Origin: Candidatus Cloacimonadales bacterium
GTDB lineage: Bacteria; Cloacimonadota; Cloacimonadia; Cloacimonadales; JAIOQZ01
Assembly: GCA_963665815.1 (NCBI GenBank)
Contig: OY762463.1
Coordinates: 2,432,001 to 2,496,000, forward strand
Length of the DNA: 64,000 nt
Reading direction: 5' to 3'
The position numbers were made by a program, and so were the translations under genes. Positions within the stretch are counted from its first letter, which is position 1, and each line of letters opens with the position of its first letter. The notes below the pieces were generated by a model. That model did not search any database and was not told the DNA's origin. It worked only from the letters and a program-made list of their open reading frames with translations. Positions 10,593 through 19,993 of the stretch are shown one piece after another.

Positions 10593-11195
10593 ATGAAGGT
10601 CATAAGTATAATAGGAAGTCCTCGTGTGCAAGGAGCAGGAACAAGGATTTCTACAGCTTTTACTGATCAGGCTGCAAAGTTGGGAGCAGATGTAAAAGTA
10701 TTCAGACTTAATGATATGAATTTCAGTGGGTGTCAGGGATGTGAAGGTTGTCATACAAAATCCGATAAGTGCATCATTGAAGATGATCTGACAGAGGTGC
10801 TGGATTCTATCTTTGACGCGGATATACTTGTTTTTTCCGCACCAGTCTATTACGGAGATACTTCCGGTCAATTCAAGCTATTCATGGACAGAACCTGGTC
10901 TTACGTTATTCCTCGGTATATGGTTGATCCGGTAAAAGGATGTAAACTTCCCAGAGGAAAAAAAGCTCTGTTTATTCTTACCCAGGGATTTCCCGAAGCT
11001 GCTCATAAAGACGTTATTGCCCGATACAAAGATATTTTCAGAATGTACGGTTTTGACACAAAAATCATCAGAGCTGCGAATTCCATCAACACAAGAAACT
11101 ATGAGTTTAAAACCGAGCAGGACAAAGCTGCCAAGGTTGCTCAGGACTGGATTGAACTGCTGACCAAGAAAGATGAGGAAGGGGAAACGGAATAG
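10593..11195 (+). CDS. Flavodoxin-family / iron-sulfur flavoprotein (NADPH-dependent FMN reductase fold)
   Basis: GSPR FMN loop, CxxCxxCx5C (CQGCEGCHTKSDKC), PVYYG; AGGAG RBS. Confidence 0.9.
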   Translation: MKVISIIGSPRVQGAGTRISTAFTDQAAKLGADVKVFRLNDMNFSGCQGCEGCHTKSDKCIIEDDLTEVLDSIFDADILVFSAPVYYGDTSGQFKLFMDRTWSYVIPRYMVDPVKGCKLPRGKKALFILTQGFPEAAHKDVIARYKDIFRMYGFDTKIIRAANSINTRNYEFKTEQDKAAKVAQDWIELLTKKDEEGETE

Positions 11196-12134
11196 CTAAT
11201 ACGTCACTCTAACAACCTTGCAATAATGATTATCTTCATCATCGTAGTCAAAGTATAGTATTTTATCATCGTATATATCAAATATTACATAATCGGATTT
11301 ATCTATAGCTCCGAGATAATTACCTTTCAAGTCATAGAACTCATAATGATTGTAGTATTCCATATCTTGCAGACCAAAAACAACATAATTATTGGTCACA
11401 TATAATTTCGTGATCACTGATTCTTTTGTTCTGATATTTGAATAGTTCAAGTCCCAGACTTTTTTATCTTCTCCATTCACATACTGCACGAGACTGAAAT
11501 CTGTTTCTGATCGGTTCAGGACGAATACATCTCTGTCATTAACTGCAGCCAGTAAAAGGTAATCTATACATTCACTGAAATTCTCTGTATTCTTCAAAAA
11601 TTTACTTCCAAAATCTGTTATTACAGAATCAGCTTCCATCTGTAAAACATGATCTTTAAAACCTACAACTCCGTTATTTTCTGCCGGAACTCTTTTAAGA
11701 TAGATCTTACCTGATTTGTATGGAAGCAGACCTACACAATGATTATCCGGTGTTTTTATTGTAGGATTATCAAATCCATCCTTGTAAAATGTAAATCTGT
11801 ATGCGTATGGATCGTACACTACCAATTCATTGATGTTCTGACTCCAGCATACCATGGGTATACTCTGATACTCTCCCGGCGCATTACCTTTACCACCAAA
11901 ACGCTTTTTGAGGTTACCTTTGTAATCGAAATTCTGGATAATCCCATTCTCGAAATCAAAGACGAATATATTATCCTTGAAGGCTCTCAAAAGCATGTAT
12001 TGACCTGAATCATCAACAGGAAATCTGATAAATTCCTCAAGTTTCAGCTCCGGAGTGTCTTCTTTTCCTTTACACGAGGTAAGAATTAACAAAGCAAGTA
12101 TCAAAACAAGTAAAGAACAAATTCTATTTCGCAT
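11196..12134 (-). CDS. 6-bladed beta-propeller (NHL/DUF5128-like) lipoprotein
   Basis: Lipobox LTSC; KRFGGKGNAPGEY motif; start at 12134 overlaps the ABC stop (translational coupling). Confidence 0.75.
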   Translation of the reverse strand: MRNRICSLLVLILALLILTSCKGKEDTPELKLEEFIRFPVDDSGQYMLLRAFKDNIFVFDFENGIIQNFDYKGNLKKRFGGKGNAPGEYQSIPMVCWSQNINELVVYDPYAYRFTFYKDGFDNPTIKTPDNHCVGLLPYKSGKIYLKRVPAENNGVVGFKDHVLQMEADSVITDFGSKFLKNTENFSECIDYLLLAAVNDRDVFVLNRSETDFSLVQYVNGEDKKVWDLNYSNIRTKESVITKLYVTNNYVVFGLQDMEYYNHYEFYDLKGNYLGAIDKSDYVIFDIYDDKILYFDYDDEDNHYCKVVRVTY

Positions 12135-13845
12135 TCCACATTTCATAGTATTTACCTTTGGATTCCAGAAGTTCGAGATGGTTTCCGTCTTCAATGATCT
12201 TTCCATTCTGTAGAATAATGATCTTATCAAAACGGCTGATAGTAGTCAGTTTATGAGCAACCATAATAATTGTTTTACCAGTTACATTATTAATTTTGCG
12301 AATCAGCTCTATTATATTCTGCTCATTGGATGAATCGAGCTGAGACGTTGCTTCATCGAGAATCAATACTGAAGAATCCCTTACCAACGCTCGAGCAATT
12401 GACAGTCTCTGACGTTCCCCACCTGAAAGCAGTGTTCCCTGATCACCGATAACAGTCTTGTAACCTTCCGGCATTGAGTCAATCTTCTTTTTCAGATCAA
12501 CAAGATTTATCAGCTCATCCAGATCATGTTCTGTTACATCGGGTTTAATCATGCGGAAGTTTTCCAGAATGGATTTATTGAAGAAATACGAGTCTTGCGG
12601 AACCACACTGAAGAAGGTTCTTAATGATTCGATTTTGATATCATTGATATTCTTATCTCCTATACTGACAACACCATTATCTACTTCATGGAACCGTAGA
12701 AGAAGTTTGATCAGGGTAGATTTACCAGATCCGGAGTCACCGCATAATGCAACCATACTTCCCGGCTCTATCTTGCAGGTGAATTTCTCGAATATTCTAC
12801 TGTCATCATTATAGGAAAACTCTACATTCTCAAACTCAATAGCATAATTACCTGCTTTAATATCTACCGAATTTTCAGTGTCTTTAATATCTGTACTGAG
12901 ATTAAGAATTCCCAGAATAGACTCTATGGAAGAGTTGATATTCGCCATTGTCGGCTTGATTCTATAGAAGAAACTTACAGGTCCGATACAGTAGTTAAGA
13001 TATAGACTGAATGCGATCAAAGAACCCACGGCTATCTCGCCTTTTATAACTGAGTATCCGCCTATCATATAGACAATCACAGAGGTAGTAATCTGCAGAA
13101 CTCCGGCCACAATGACACCAAGCAGACCGCTGTAAGTGGATGATTTCACCCTGGCAGCGGTTAGGTCATAGCTTTCTTTCGTGAGCTTATCGGAAATCCT
13201 GTCTCTGAGATTAAATGCCAGAACAACATAGATGTTACTGAAAACCTGCTGGAAGAGTCCGGTTATAGATGATACTGACCCTCTTTCTGTTTCGGACAGC
13301 TCTTTAAGTTTGCTGACAAACACTTTCTTGGTGAGAGGGAATAGCCCGATTGGAACACAGGCAATAAGTGCTAACTTGTAATTCATGACAAAGAGTATGA
13401 TTATGGCAGCAACAAGCTGAATAGAGTTAAGGACAATTGAATACATTGTGTTTATGGCATAACCTTCCACACGCTCTGTGTCGGAATTCATGATTGTAAG
13501 AAGATCACCCTGATTCCGCTTTTCGAAAAAGCTGATTGATTGAGATAAGAGTACATCCGAAAGTTTTTTACGCAGTGAGAACACAACTCCGGTACTGACT
13601 CTTGATTCGAAACGGAAAGACATCATAAGAATTGTCTGCCTGATCATGACAGCAATTATGGTTGCAACGGAGGCAATAAGCACCATCCTGTAACTACCGG
13701 CAATAAGCCCTTCGTCGATAGTCAGTTTTGTGAAATAAGGGAACAGGAAAGGAATAAGCATAAGAAGAATCTTAAGGAACAGCACGACATAGATATTCTT
13801 TAAATGCTCAGATAGAAATTTCTTGAAGAATTTGTAAAACTTCAT
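12124..13845 (-). CDS. ABC exporter, fused permease + ATPase (no C39 peptidase domain)
   Basis: N-terminal TM domain; GDSGSGKS, LSGGERQR, ILDEATS, VAHKL; GAGGT RBS before ATG 13845. Confidence 0.93.
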   Translation of the reverse strand: MKFYKFFKKFLSEHLKNIYVVLFLKILLMLIPFLFPYFTKLTIDEGLIAGSYRMVLIASVATIIAVMIRQTILMMSFRFESRVSTGVVFSLRKKLSDVLLSQSISFFEKRNQGDLLTIMNSDTERVEGYAINTMYSIVLNSIQLVAAIIILFVMNYKLALIACVPIGLFPLTKKVFVSKLKELSETERGSVSSITGLFQQVFSNIYVVLAFNLRDRISDKLTKESYDLTAARVKSSTYSGLLGVIVAGVLQITTSVIVYMIGGYSVIKGEIAVGSLIAFSLYLNYCIGPVSFFYRIKPTMANINSSIESILGILNLSTDIKDTENSVDIKAGNYAIEFENVEFSYNDDSRIFEKFTCKIEPGSMVALCGDSGSGKSTLIKLLLRFHEVDNGVVSIGDKNINDIKIESLRTFFSVVPQDSYFFNKSILENFRMIKPDVTEHDLDELINLVDLKKKIDSMPEGYKTVIGDQGTLLSGGERQRLSIARALVRDSSVLILDEATSQLDSSNEQNIIELIRKINNVTGKTIIMVAHKLTTISRFDKIIILQNGKIIEDGNHLELLESKGKYYEMWNAK

Positions 13846-14485
13846 TAATACCTCACACAATATATTCTGTTAAGTAATAGTAATAATTAAAAAAGCCTGT
13901 AATGCCATTTCGAGCTTTCTTAATATGGATAAATATGTTTTGATAATAATTTTAGTCAAGTGGAAAAGTAAAAAAGCATCAATACCTGTACATACAATGT
14001 TAATACATAAAATGAAGAATGATTCAGTATAGTAATTAATTGAAATACGTCTAACTCATATATATATATATAGGTATTTAGTTCTTTTATTGAGAATGAT
14101 AAGTGCCCATGTTTCAAAATAAAATAGATTTTAGTCTTGACAATGATTCTACAGCAATTTTATTCAGGTGCATATATGTAGAGTAATAAGATTTCAGAAG
14201 TGAGATCAACAACAGAATTATTCGGCATATTGTAGATGTGATTTGATTAAGAATAGTTATGAATTTTCAGGAATTGTTTTCGAACTGATAGAAACGTAAG
14301 AACATTCAGAAATCTTTGCAGTATAGCAAAACAGACAGCTATAGTCAACTAACCTATTGTGCAGAGATCTCATCCAGTAAGAGAATAATTCCCACAAATA
14401 GGAAATAAAAAATATTACATAGATGATAGGAATTAAACTCATTACTGAATAACTAACAAAACAACACTAAAGAAAAGGAGACTAT

Positions 14486-14665
14486 ATGTCAAATATAATA
14501 GTAAGTTCAGGTGATCCTGCAGCTAAGCATACAAGCTATTGTGATTGTACAATTCAAACAGCACGATATACTGAGAAGCAAAAACCAGGAGGAAAACTAG
14601 CAGACATGCCTATCTGGTCAGAAGATCCCGGAACAGGATCAGGTTCAGAAAATCCAAACGCATAA
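14486..14665 (+). CDS. 59-aa small peptide MSNIIVSSGDPAAKHTSYCDCTIQTARYTEKQKPGGKLADMPIWSEDPGTGSGSENPNA
   Basis: AAAAGGAG RBS 5 nt before ATG; stop-free 59 codons in very AT-rich DNA; first gene of the + strand unit; shorter than any ORF in the track. Confidence 0.75.
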   Translation: MSNIIVSSGDPAAKHTSYCDCTIQTARYTEKQKPGGKLADMPIWSEDPGTGSGSENPNA

Positions 14666-14705
14666 TTAAAAACAAATTCCTATCATCTATATTATGGAGA
14701 AAATC

Positions 14706-15671
14706 ATGAGCAAACCCACCTTATACATAACCTTGTTACTTTTTACTGTATTCTTGTTTACCGGATGCAGCAAAGAAAAAAGCATCGGTAGTCTGACAAT
14801 AATTGATTCTTTGGATACTTCTGAAAACATTGAGAATAGTTTGTCTCACTGTACATCACTCAAAGTTTATAATGATAAGTTGTTCATTCTGGATGGAAGC
14901 AAAATCAACGTTTATGATGTTACTGACGGCGCATTCAAAAGGACTTTTGGAAAATCGGGAAAAGGTCCGGGTGAATTTAATTATGCCAACGACTTCTGTA
15001 TTTGCAGGGACACAGTGTATGTTGCTGATTCCGGTAATTTCCGAGTGCAAACATATAATATTGCAGGAGATTATTTATCTTCGTATAAATACAAGATGCC
15101 CTGGAAAATAAATTGTTTCGAGCATAGTTTGTATGTTTTACCACCAACAAGACATCCGGGAACTTTTGTCTCAAGTTATAGAAATAATAGCTTCAGTACA
15201 GAGTTCGATTTAGATCCTATACTTAAAGAGAATAACATTGATAAAACGGAAGTGGATTTTCTCATCTTCAATGATGCAAAAATGTTTGTACTACCTTTTG
15301 AAAATGGTAAGTTTTTCTTTATTGATGAAGACAATAAAATGACCCGATGCAATTTCTCTAATCTTTTAGAGGAAAAACAGTTAATTAGAATTGTGGATTA
15401 TGTAATAAATGACTCTTATTTATATATTGTAGCAAGCACTTTCACAGAAAAAGAAGGTGAAGAAAATCTGGATACAACAACTGAAATTAAAGAGTTCTTC
15501 AATATTAATGAGTACTTATTAAAAATCAACAGCAAGTTTGAGATTGAAACACAATATTCCATTCCGCAAAACGTTTTAGTAAATGAGCAATCTCTGGCAA
15601 TAAAAGATAATTTCGTGTTTATCTATGATGCCATGAGTGGTCTGGTTTATAAACTCAAAATGGAGAACTAA
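14706..15671 (+). CDS. 6-bladed beta-propeller (NHL/DUF5128-like) lipoprotein
   Basis: Lipobox FTGC; FKRTFGKSGKGPGEF..AND and VYVADSGNFRVQ NHL motifs; GGAG RBS. Confidence 0.8.
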   Translation: MSKPTLYITLLLFTVFLFTGCSKEKSIGSLTIIDSLDTSENIENSLSHCTSLKVYNDKLFILDGSKINVYDVTDGAFKRTFGKSGKGPGEFNYANDFCICRDTVYVADSGNFRVQTYNIAGDYLSSYKYKMPWKINCFEHSLYVLPPTRHPGTFVSSYRNNSFSTEFDLDPILKENNIDKTEVDFLIFNDAKMFVLPFENGKFFFIDEDNKMTRCNFSNLLEEKQLIRIVDYVINDSYLYIVASTFTEKEGEENLDTTTEIKEFFNINEYLLKINSKFEIETQYSIPQNVLVNEQSLAIKDNFVFIYDAMSGLVYKLKMEN

Positions 15672-15673
15672 CC

Positions 15674-16605
15674 ATGAAAATACAGTGTTTGGTACTTCTT
15701 GCTTCAGTCATTTTTATGTTCGGCTGTAACTCCCACAAGGCCGAAACACTCAATCCGGTTGATTCTCTCGGCTGGCAGGAAAGCGAAGAGTATTTTATTA
15801 AAGAACCCCGATTCATCCTTGCAGATGAAAACAACATATATTGCGACAATGGAGCTGAACCCGGAGTACTCGTTTTTAACAAAGAGGATTTCAGTTTTGT
15901 CAATAGTGTCGGCAAAAAGGGCAGAGGTCCCGGAGAGTATCTTTTCCTAACTTCTGCTGAAATAACGGAAGATTTTATCTGGTTATATGATCCTGTTCAG
16001 GCAAAGATAGACATATTTTCCAAGAAGTTTGAGTATATAGACTGCATTAAACAGGATAATTTTTTGCTCAGCCTGAACAGCTTTGACAATGAATTGTTTG
16101 CGATAACAGATATCAGACAGCCGGAACTTAGACTATTGACATACGAAAACAACAATATGGAATCCATTGAAACATATTCTGATGCTCAATCTGCTATGGA
16201 ATTTATTCCGAATGAAGATAATATTCTGGAGTTATCTTTAGATTACTATGAAAGCAAGATTTATATGACTTACATGCAGAATAGTGTATGCTGTATTTTG
16301 ATAAAGGTAATGCCAAGAGAATAGAATGCGAATATCCGGAGTGGATTAACACTGAAGCAATGCACATGAGCAGTATCCAGGGGACAGAAAAAGGATTCTT
16401 TGTAACCGGATACTATATGCTTCAAGAAAAGGAATACTCAAAAAATTTCGCTCTTGAATTTAATGAAGAGGGAAAATTGCTAAAGCAATACAAGCTTGAA
16501 TCACCCACCCAATGGGGAGGTATTACAAGTGCATGTCTTTACAAGAATGAGTTGTATATAGCCACTTATAATGATGTTATATATAAGTTTAATATTAAAT
16601 TGTAG
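15674..16605 (+). pseudogene. Frameshifted 6-bladed beta-propeller lipoprotein (ORFs 15674-16324 + 16288-16605)
   Basis: Lipobox MFGC, SVGKKGRGPGEY; one missing base near 16286-16290 (GTA TG CTG) would join both ORFs into a ~310-aa protein like its paralogues. Could be a sequencing error. Confidence 0.7.
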
Positions 16606-16650
16606 AGAAGAAACATGCAAATTTTTCAGAAATCAACTCAAAGGCTGCGA

Positions 16651-16705
16651 ATGAAAAAACACCTTTTACATAACCTTGTTACTGTTTTATATATTTTTAC
16701 AGCAG
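16651..16705 (+). pseudogene. 5' remnant of a further lipoprotein paralogue
   Basis: 16660-16683 matches 14717-14740 at 23/24 nt, preceded by an ATG at an equivalent position; frame broken, no downstream body. Confidence 0.55.
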
Positions 16706-16767
16706 TTCTTCAGCTCTCCATTTCTACCTGAAAATACATCAGTAATCAAAGAGTAATCAGCCTGCTA

Positions 16768-19700
16768 CTATTCCAGTACTTTCTCAATTCCGGATATAAT
16801 TTCAGCAGTGATCAATGGTTTTTTTAACATTAGAGAGATTCCTGCCTTCTGAAGCATTTCATTGTTAAGCAATTCGCTATATCCTGTACAAAGAATTATT
16901 TTCTGTTCAGGTTTAATCTTTTTTACGATCTCCGAAAACTGAATTCCCGTCAGATTAGGCATAGTCATATCAGTAATTATCAGATCAATTTCCCGGTGAT
17001 TATCCTCAAAGTATTTCACAGCATCCAGAGGGTTCTGGAAAGATGTTACTTTATAACCGAATTTCCCAAGAATATCACTGTAAACATCAGTCAGACTTTT
17101 CTCATCATCTACAAATAATATTGAGGCATTACTCACAACAATTTCACCGGTATCATCTTCAAGATGCTCCTCGGTATCACGCTTTACAGCAGGTATATAT
17201 ATATCAAAAGATGTACCTTTTCCAGGCTCACTCTGAACATCAATAAAACCGTTATAGCTGTTGACAATACCATGAATAATTGCCAGCCCCAGACCTGTTC
17301 CTTCTTCTTTAGGCTTGGTCGTGTAGTAAGGGTCAAATATCTTTGAAAGACTTGAGGATGATATTCCCTGCCCCGTGTCTTTCACTCTCAGAAGAACATG
17401 TCTTACCTTATCAAGGTTTTGTCTGATTTCCGGCTTAATTTTCTTGTATCTCAGATCAATAAGTTCAACTGTCAGTACTCCTCCATTTTCACGCATTGCA
17501 TGGTAAGAGTTCGTGCAGAGATTCATGATAATCTGCTGAATTTGGGTAGGATCAGCATTTACCATTCTGGTAGATCTAATATTCAGCTCGAAACTGATTG
17601 TTGTCGGCAGGGATGCTCTCAGCATCTTCATCGTTTCTTTAACGATGATTCCGATTTCCAGAGGTTGAGTCTCTGTAACAGATTTCCTGCTGAATGTAAG
17701 AATCTGCTGAACAAGATCTTTTGCCCTCATTCCCGCATTAGATATTTCAGATATTCTGTCATAAGCTTTTGACTCAGGGTTTACATCAAGCAATGCCAGT
17801 TCTGAATAACCGAGAATTATAGAGAGAATATTGTTGAAGTCATGGGCGATCCCACCGGCAAGAGTACCAATCGCTTCCATTTTCTGAGATTGTGATAACG
17901 CCAGTTCTGTCCTTTTGCGCTCGGTAATATCGAGTCCTATTGCAAGAAACCCTATCTTATTACCATCAGCATCATAAAGAACTTTATCAAACCATTCAAC
18001 TTCGAATGCTAATCCATCTTTTGTGATTATTGAATTTATGTTACCTTTAACATTACCGGTTTTAAGTGCCAGCTTGAGCTTTTCTCTTACATCTTCCCTT
18101 TGAGATCCATCAACAAACATATCAAGCCAGTTTTCACCAACTACTTCACTTGCACGGTATCCGGAAAGTTCTTCAATAAATGAATTGAATTTTAAAATAT
18201 TACCGTCCAGATCAAGTACAATAACAATTGCAGGTGCAGTCTGAATAACACTTTCTGCGAAATCTCTTTCCTCAACCAGTTGACGTTCAGCCAGCTTCCT
18301 GTCTATCGCAAGTGCTACCTGATCAGCAATAATCTCAAGCAGTTCAATATCAGCTTTTTCGAGTATAGTATCTTCACTATAGCTTTGTACTGATAAGAGC
18401 CCGATTACGAAATCTCTAATCTTAAGTGGAATACCAATCCAGGTTCTGCTGGGAGTGCCAACGAGTTCAACAATTCCATCATCTGTCAGTTTTTGCATCA
18501 TTTTGCTGTTCAGAACAACAGTTTTACCCTTTTTAATAGCATATGAGGTAAGTGTCTTTCCTGCCGGCATTTCAGAAAATGAATCAACGGAATCAATAAA
18601 ATAAGGGAGTTTTAAGGTATCTGTATCCTTGTTATACAGTGCAATAAAGAAATTCGATGTATCAATTACCTGCTGAAGATTTATATGGATTTCCTTATAT
18701 AGTTCTTCCATTGTTGGACAGATATTTACTGTGTTAGCAATATTAAGAAGAAGTTTCTGAAGCTTATCAGTGTTAGTGAAGAAGTGATTTTTACGAGTGC
18801 TTTCCTGCTCCATATTAAGTATTTCATACTGAATTTTCAATAATGAAATCTCTTCGTCATTCAGCATCCTGCAGCATTCATTGTATAATTTATAAGCTTT
18901 CAACAAATAGTCATTCAGCTTGTTCAATTTTAAATACTTAATAAGTTTTGTTAAAACCTTGTCAGTTAATTTCTTATTCAGATTGCTTGTACTGAATTCC
19001 AGAATTTTCTCGATATACTCAGTTTGTATCTCACCGTATTTGATGGAATCAATTTCCATAAGCTGTGAGTAAACATCAAGCTTGAGTTGAGTACTTATCT
19101 TATATTTGGTTTCAGATAAAATACTATGCAGATTTGCTTCGGCATCCTGGATTTTATTCATCTTAATAAGACACTTTGCCTTTTCCAATATGCTGAAGCT
19201 TTTTCGCCATAACTCATTAGGAGAGAATGAAAGTCCGATCAGATCATCCCAGAGAGAAACAGCTTCTTCATACCGACCAAGAGCAGATAACAAGAATGCT
19301 TCTTTACTTTTTACAACATTGTAGTAAGATTTTAAGGGAGGTATCTTTTCCCAATTATTTATTCTGGACAAGTATTCATAGGCAATTTCGTATTTTCCAT
19401 CTTCAATACATGCTCCGGCTATATTATTATATGTCCTGATAAGATTTTTTGATGAATCATTTGATATAAAAGTATCTATAGCATTACGATGATACTCCAG
19501 AGCTCTTTCATTCAGTCCAATCATTGAGAATAGTGAACCAAATCCGTTAAGGATTAATCCTGAACAGTTTTTATCATCAGAATAATCAACATATTCCATA
19601 GCTCGAGAGTAATACTTAAATGCATTAAGTGGTTCTTCTTTGGTTATAGCAAGATCACCGTATGTTTTAAACAGTTCTGCTTTATGTTTTACAATTTCAT

Positions 19701-19989
19701 GAACATCAATATAGTTCATAGCTATCTGCAATTGTAGTTCAGCATCGTTGAAATTTGAAATGAACAGGCAGAGTTTTGCAAAATGAATGTGTGCTGCAAC
19801 AAGATATTCATAATCCGAAATTTTCTCAGCTAATGCAATTGCCTGTGTTATGTATTCCCTGCTTTTATCAAAATTGAAGTGAAAGTAAAGTCTGAAAAGC
19901 TTTATTGACAGACTTATCTGCTCAGATGTATTTTTTTCCACAGAGAGTTTATCTTCAAGATCAGATATTATTGACTTTATATTTTCCAT
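16768..19989 (-). CDS. Cytoplasmic hybrid histidine kinase (TPR-GAF-PAS-HisKA-HATPase-REC)
   Basis: TPR-like helices, GAF (FFIALY..LKLPYF; WIGIPLK..IGLLSVQS), PAS, AHDFNN H-box, GTGLGL, FVDDE/ITDMTMP receiver. Confidence 0.92.
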   Translation of the reverse strand: MENIKSIISDLEDKLSVEKNTSEQISLSIKLFRLYFHFNFDKSREYITQAIALAEKISDYEYLVAAHIHFAKLCLFISNFNDAELQLQIAMNYIDVHEIVKHKAELFKTYGDLAITKEEPLNAFKYYSRAMEYVDYSDDKNCSGLILNGFGSLFSMIGLNERALEYHRNAIDTFISNDSSKNLIRTYNNIAGACIEDGKYEIAYEYLSRINNWEKIPPLKSYYNVVKSKEAFLLSALGRYEEAVSLWDDLIGLSFSPNELWRKSFSILEKAKCLIKMNKIQDAEANLHSILSETKYKISTQLKLDVYSQLMEIDSIKYGEIQTEYIEKILEFSTSNLNKKLTDKVLTKLIKYLKLNKLNDYLLKAYKLYNECCRMLNDEEISLLKIQYEILNMEQESTRKNHFFTNTDKLQKLLLNIANTVNICPTMEELYKEIHINLQQVIDTSNFFIALYNKDTDTLKLPYFIDSVDSFSEMPAGKTLTSYAIKKGKTVVLNSKMMQKLTDDGIVELVGTPSRTWIGIPLKIRDFVIGLLSVQSYSEDTILEKADIELLEIIADQVALAIDRKLAERQLVEERDFAESVIQTAPAIVIVLDLDGNILKFNSFIEELSGYRASEVVGENWLDMFVDGSQREDVREKLKLALKTGNVKGNINSIITKDGLAFEVEWFDKVLYDADGNKIGFLAIGLDITERKRTELALSQSQKMEAIGTLAGGIAHDFNNILSIILGYSELALLDVNPESKAYDRISEISNAGMRAKDLVQQILTFSRKSVTETQPLEIGIIVKETMKMLRASLPTTISFELNIRSTRMVNADPTQIQQIIMNLCTNSYHAMRENGGVLTVELIDLRYKKIKPEIRQNLDKVRHVLLRVKDTGQGISSSSLSKIFDPYYTTKPKEEGTGLGLAIIHGIVNSYNGFIDVQSEPGKGTSFDIYIPAVKRDTEEHLEDDTGEIVVSNASILFVDDEKSLTDVYSDILGKFGYKVTSFQNPLDAVKYFEDNHREIDLIITDMTMPNLTGIQFSEIVKKIKPEQKIILCTGYSELLNNEMLQKAGISLMLKKPLITAEIISGIEKVLE

Positions 19990-19993
19990 GTTG

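Noticed and set aside
14257-14442. 61-aa minus-strand ORF in the peptide-locus spacer
   Set aside because: No convincing RBS or motif; likely chance in AT-rich DNA.
14486-14665. KPGG as a classical double-glycine bacteriocin leader
   Set aside because: No ELSxxEL-type leader motif, and the neighbouring exporter has no C39 peptidase domain.
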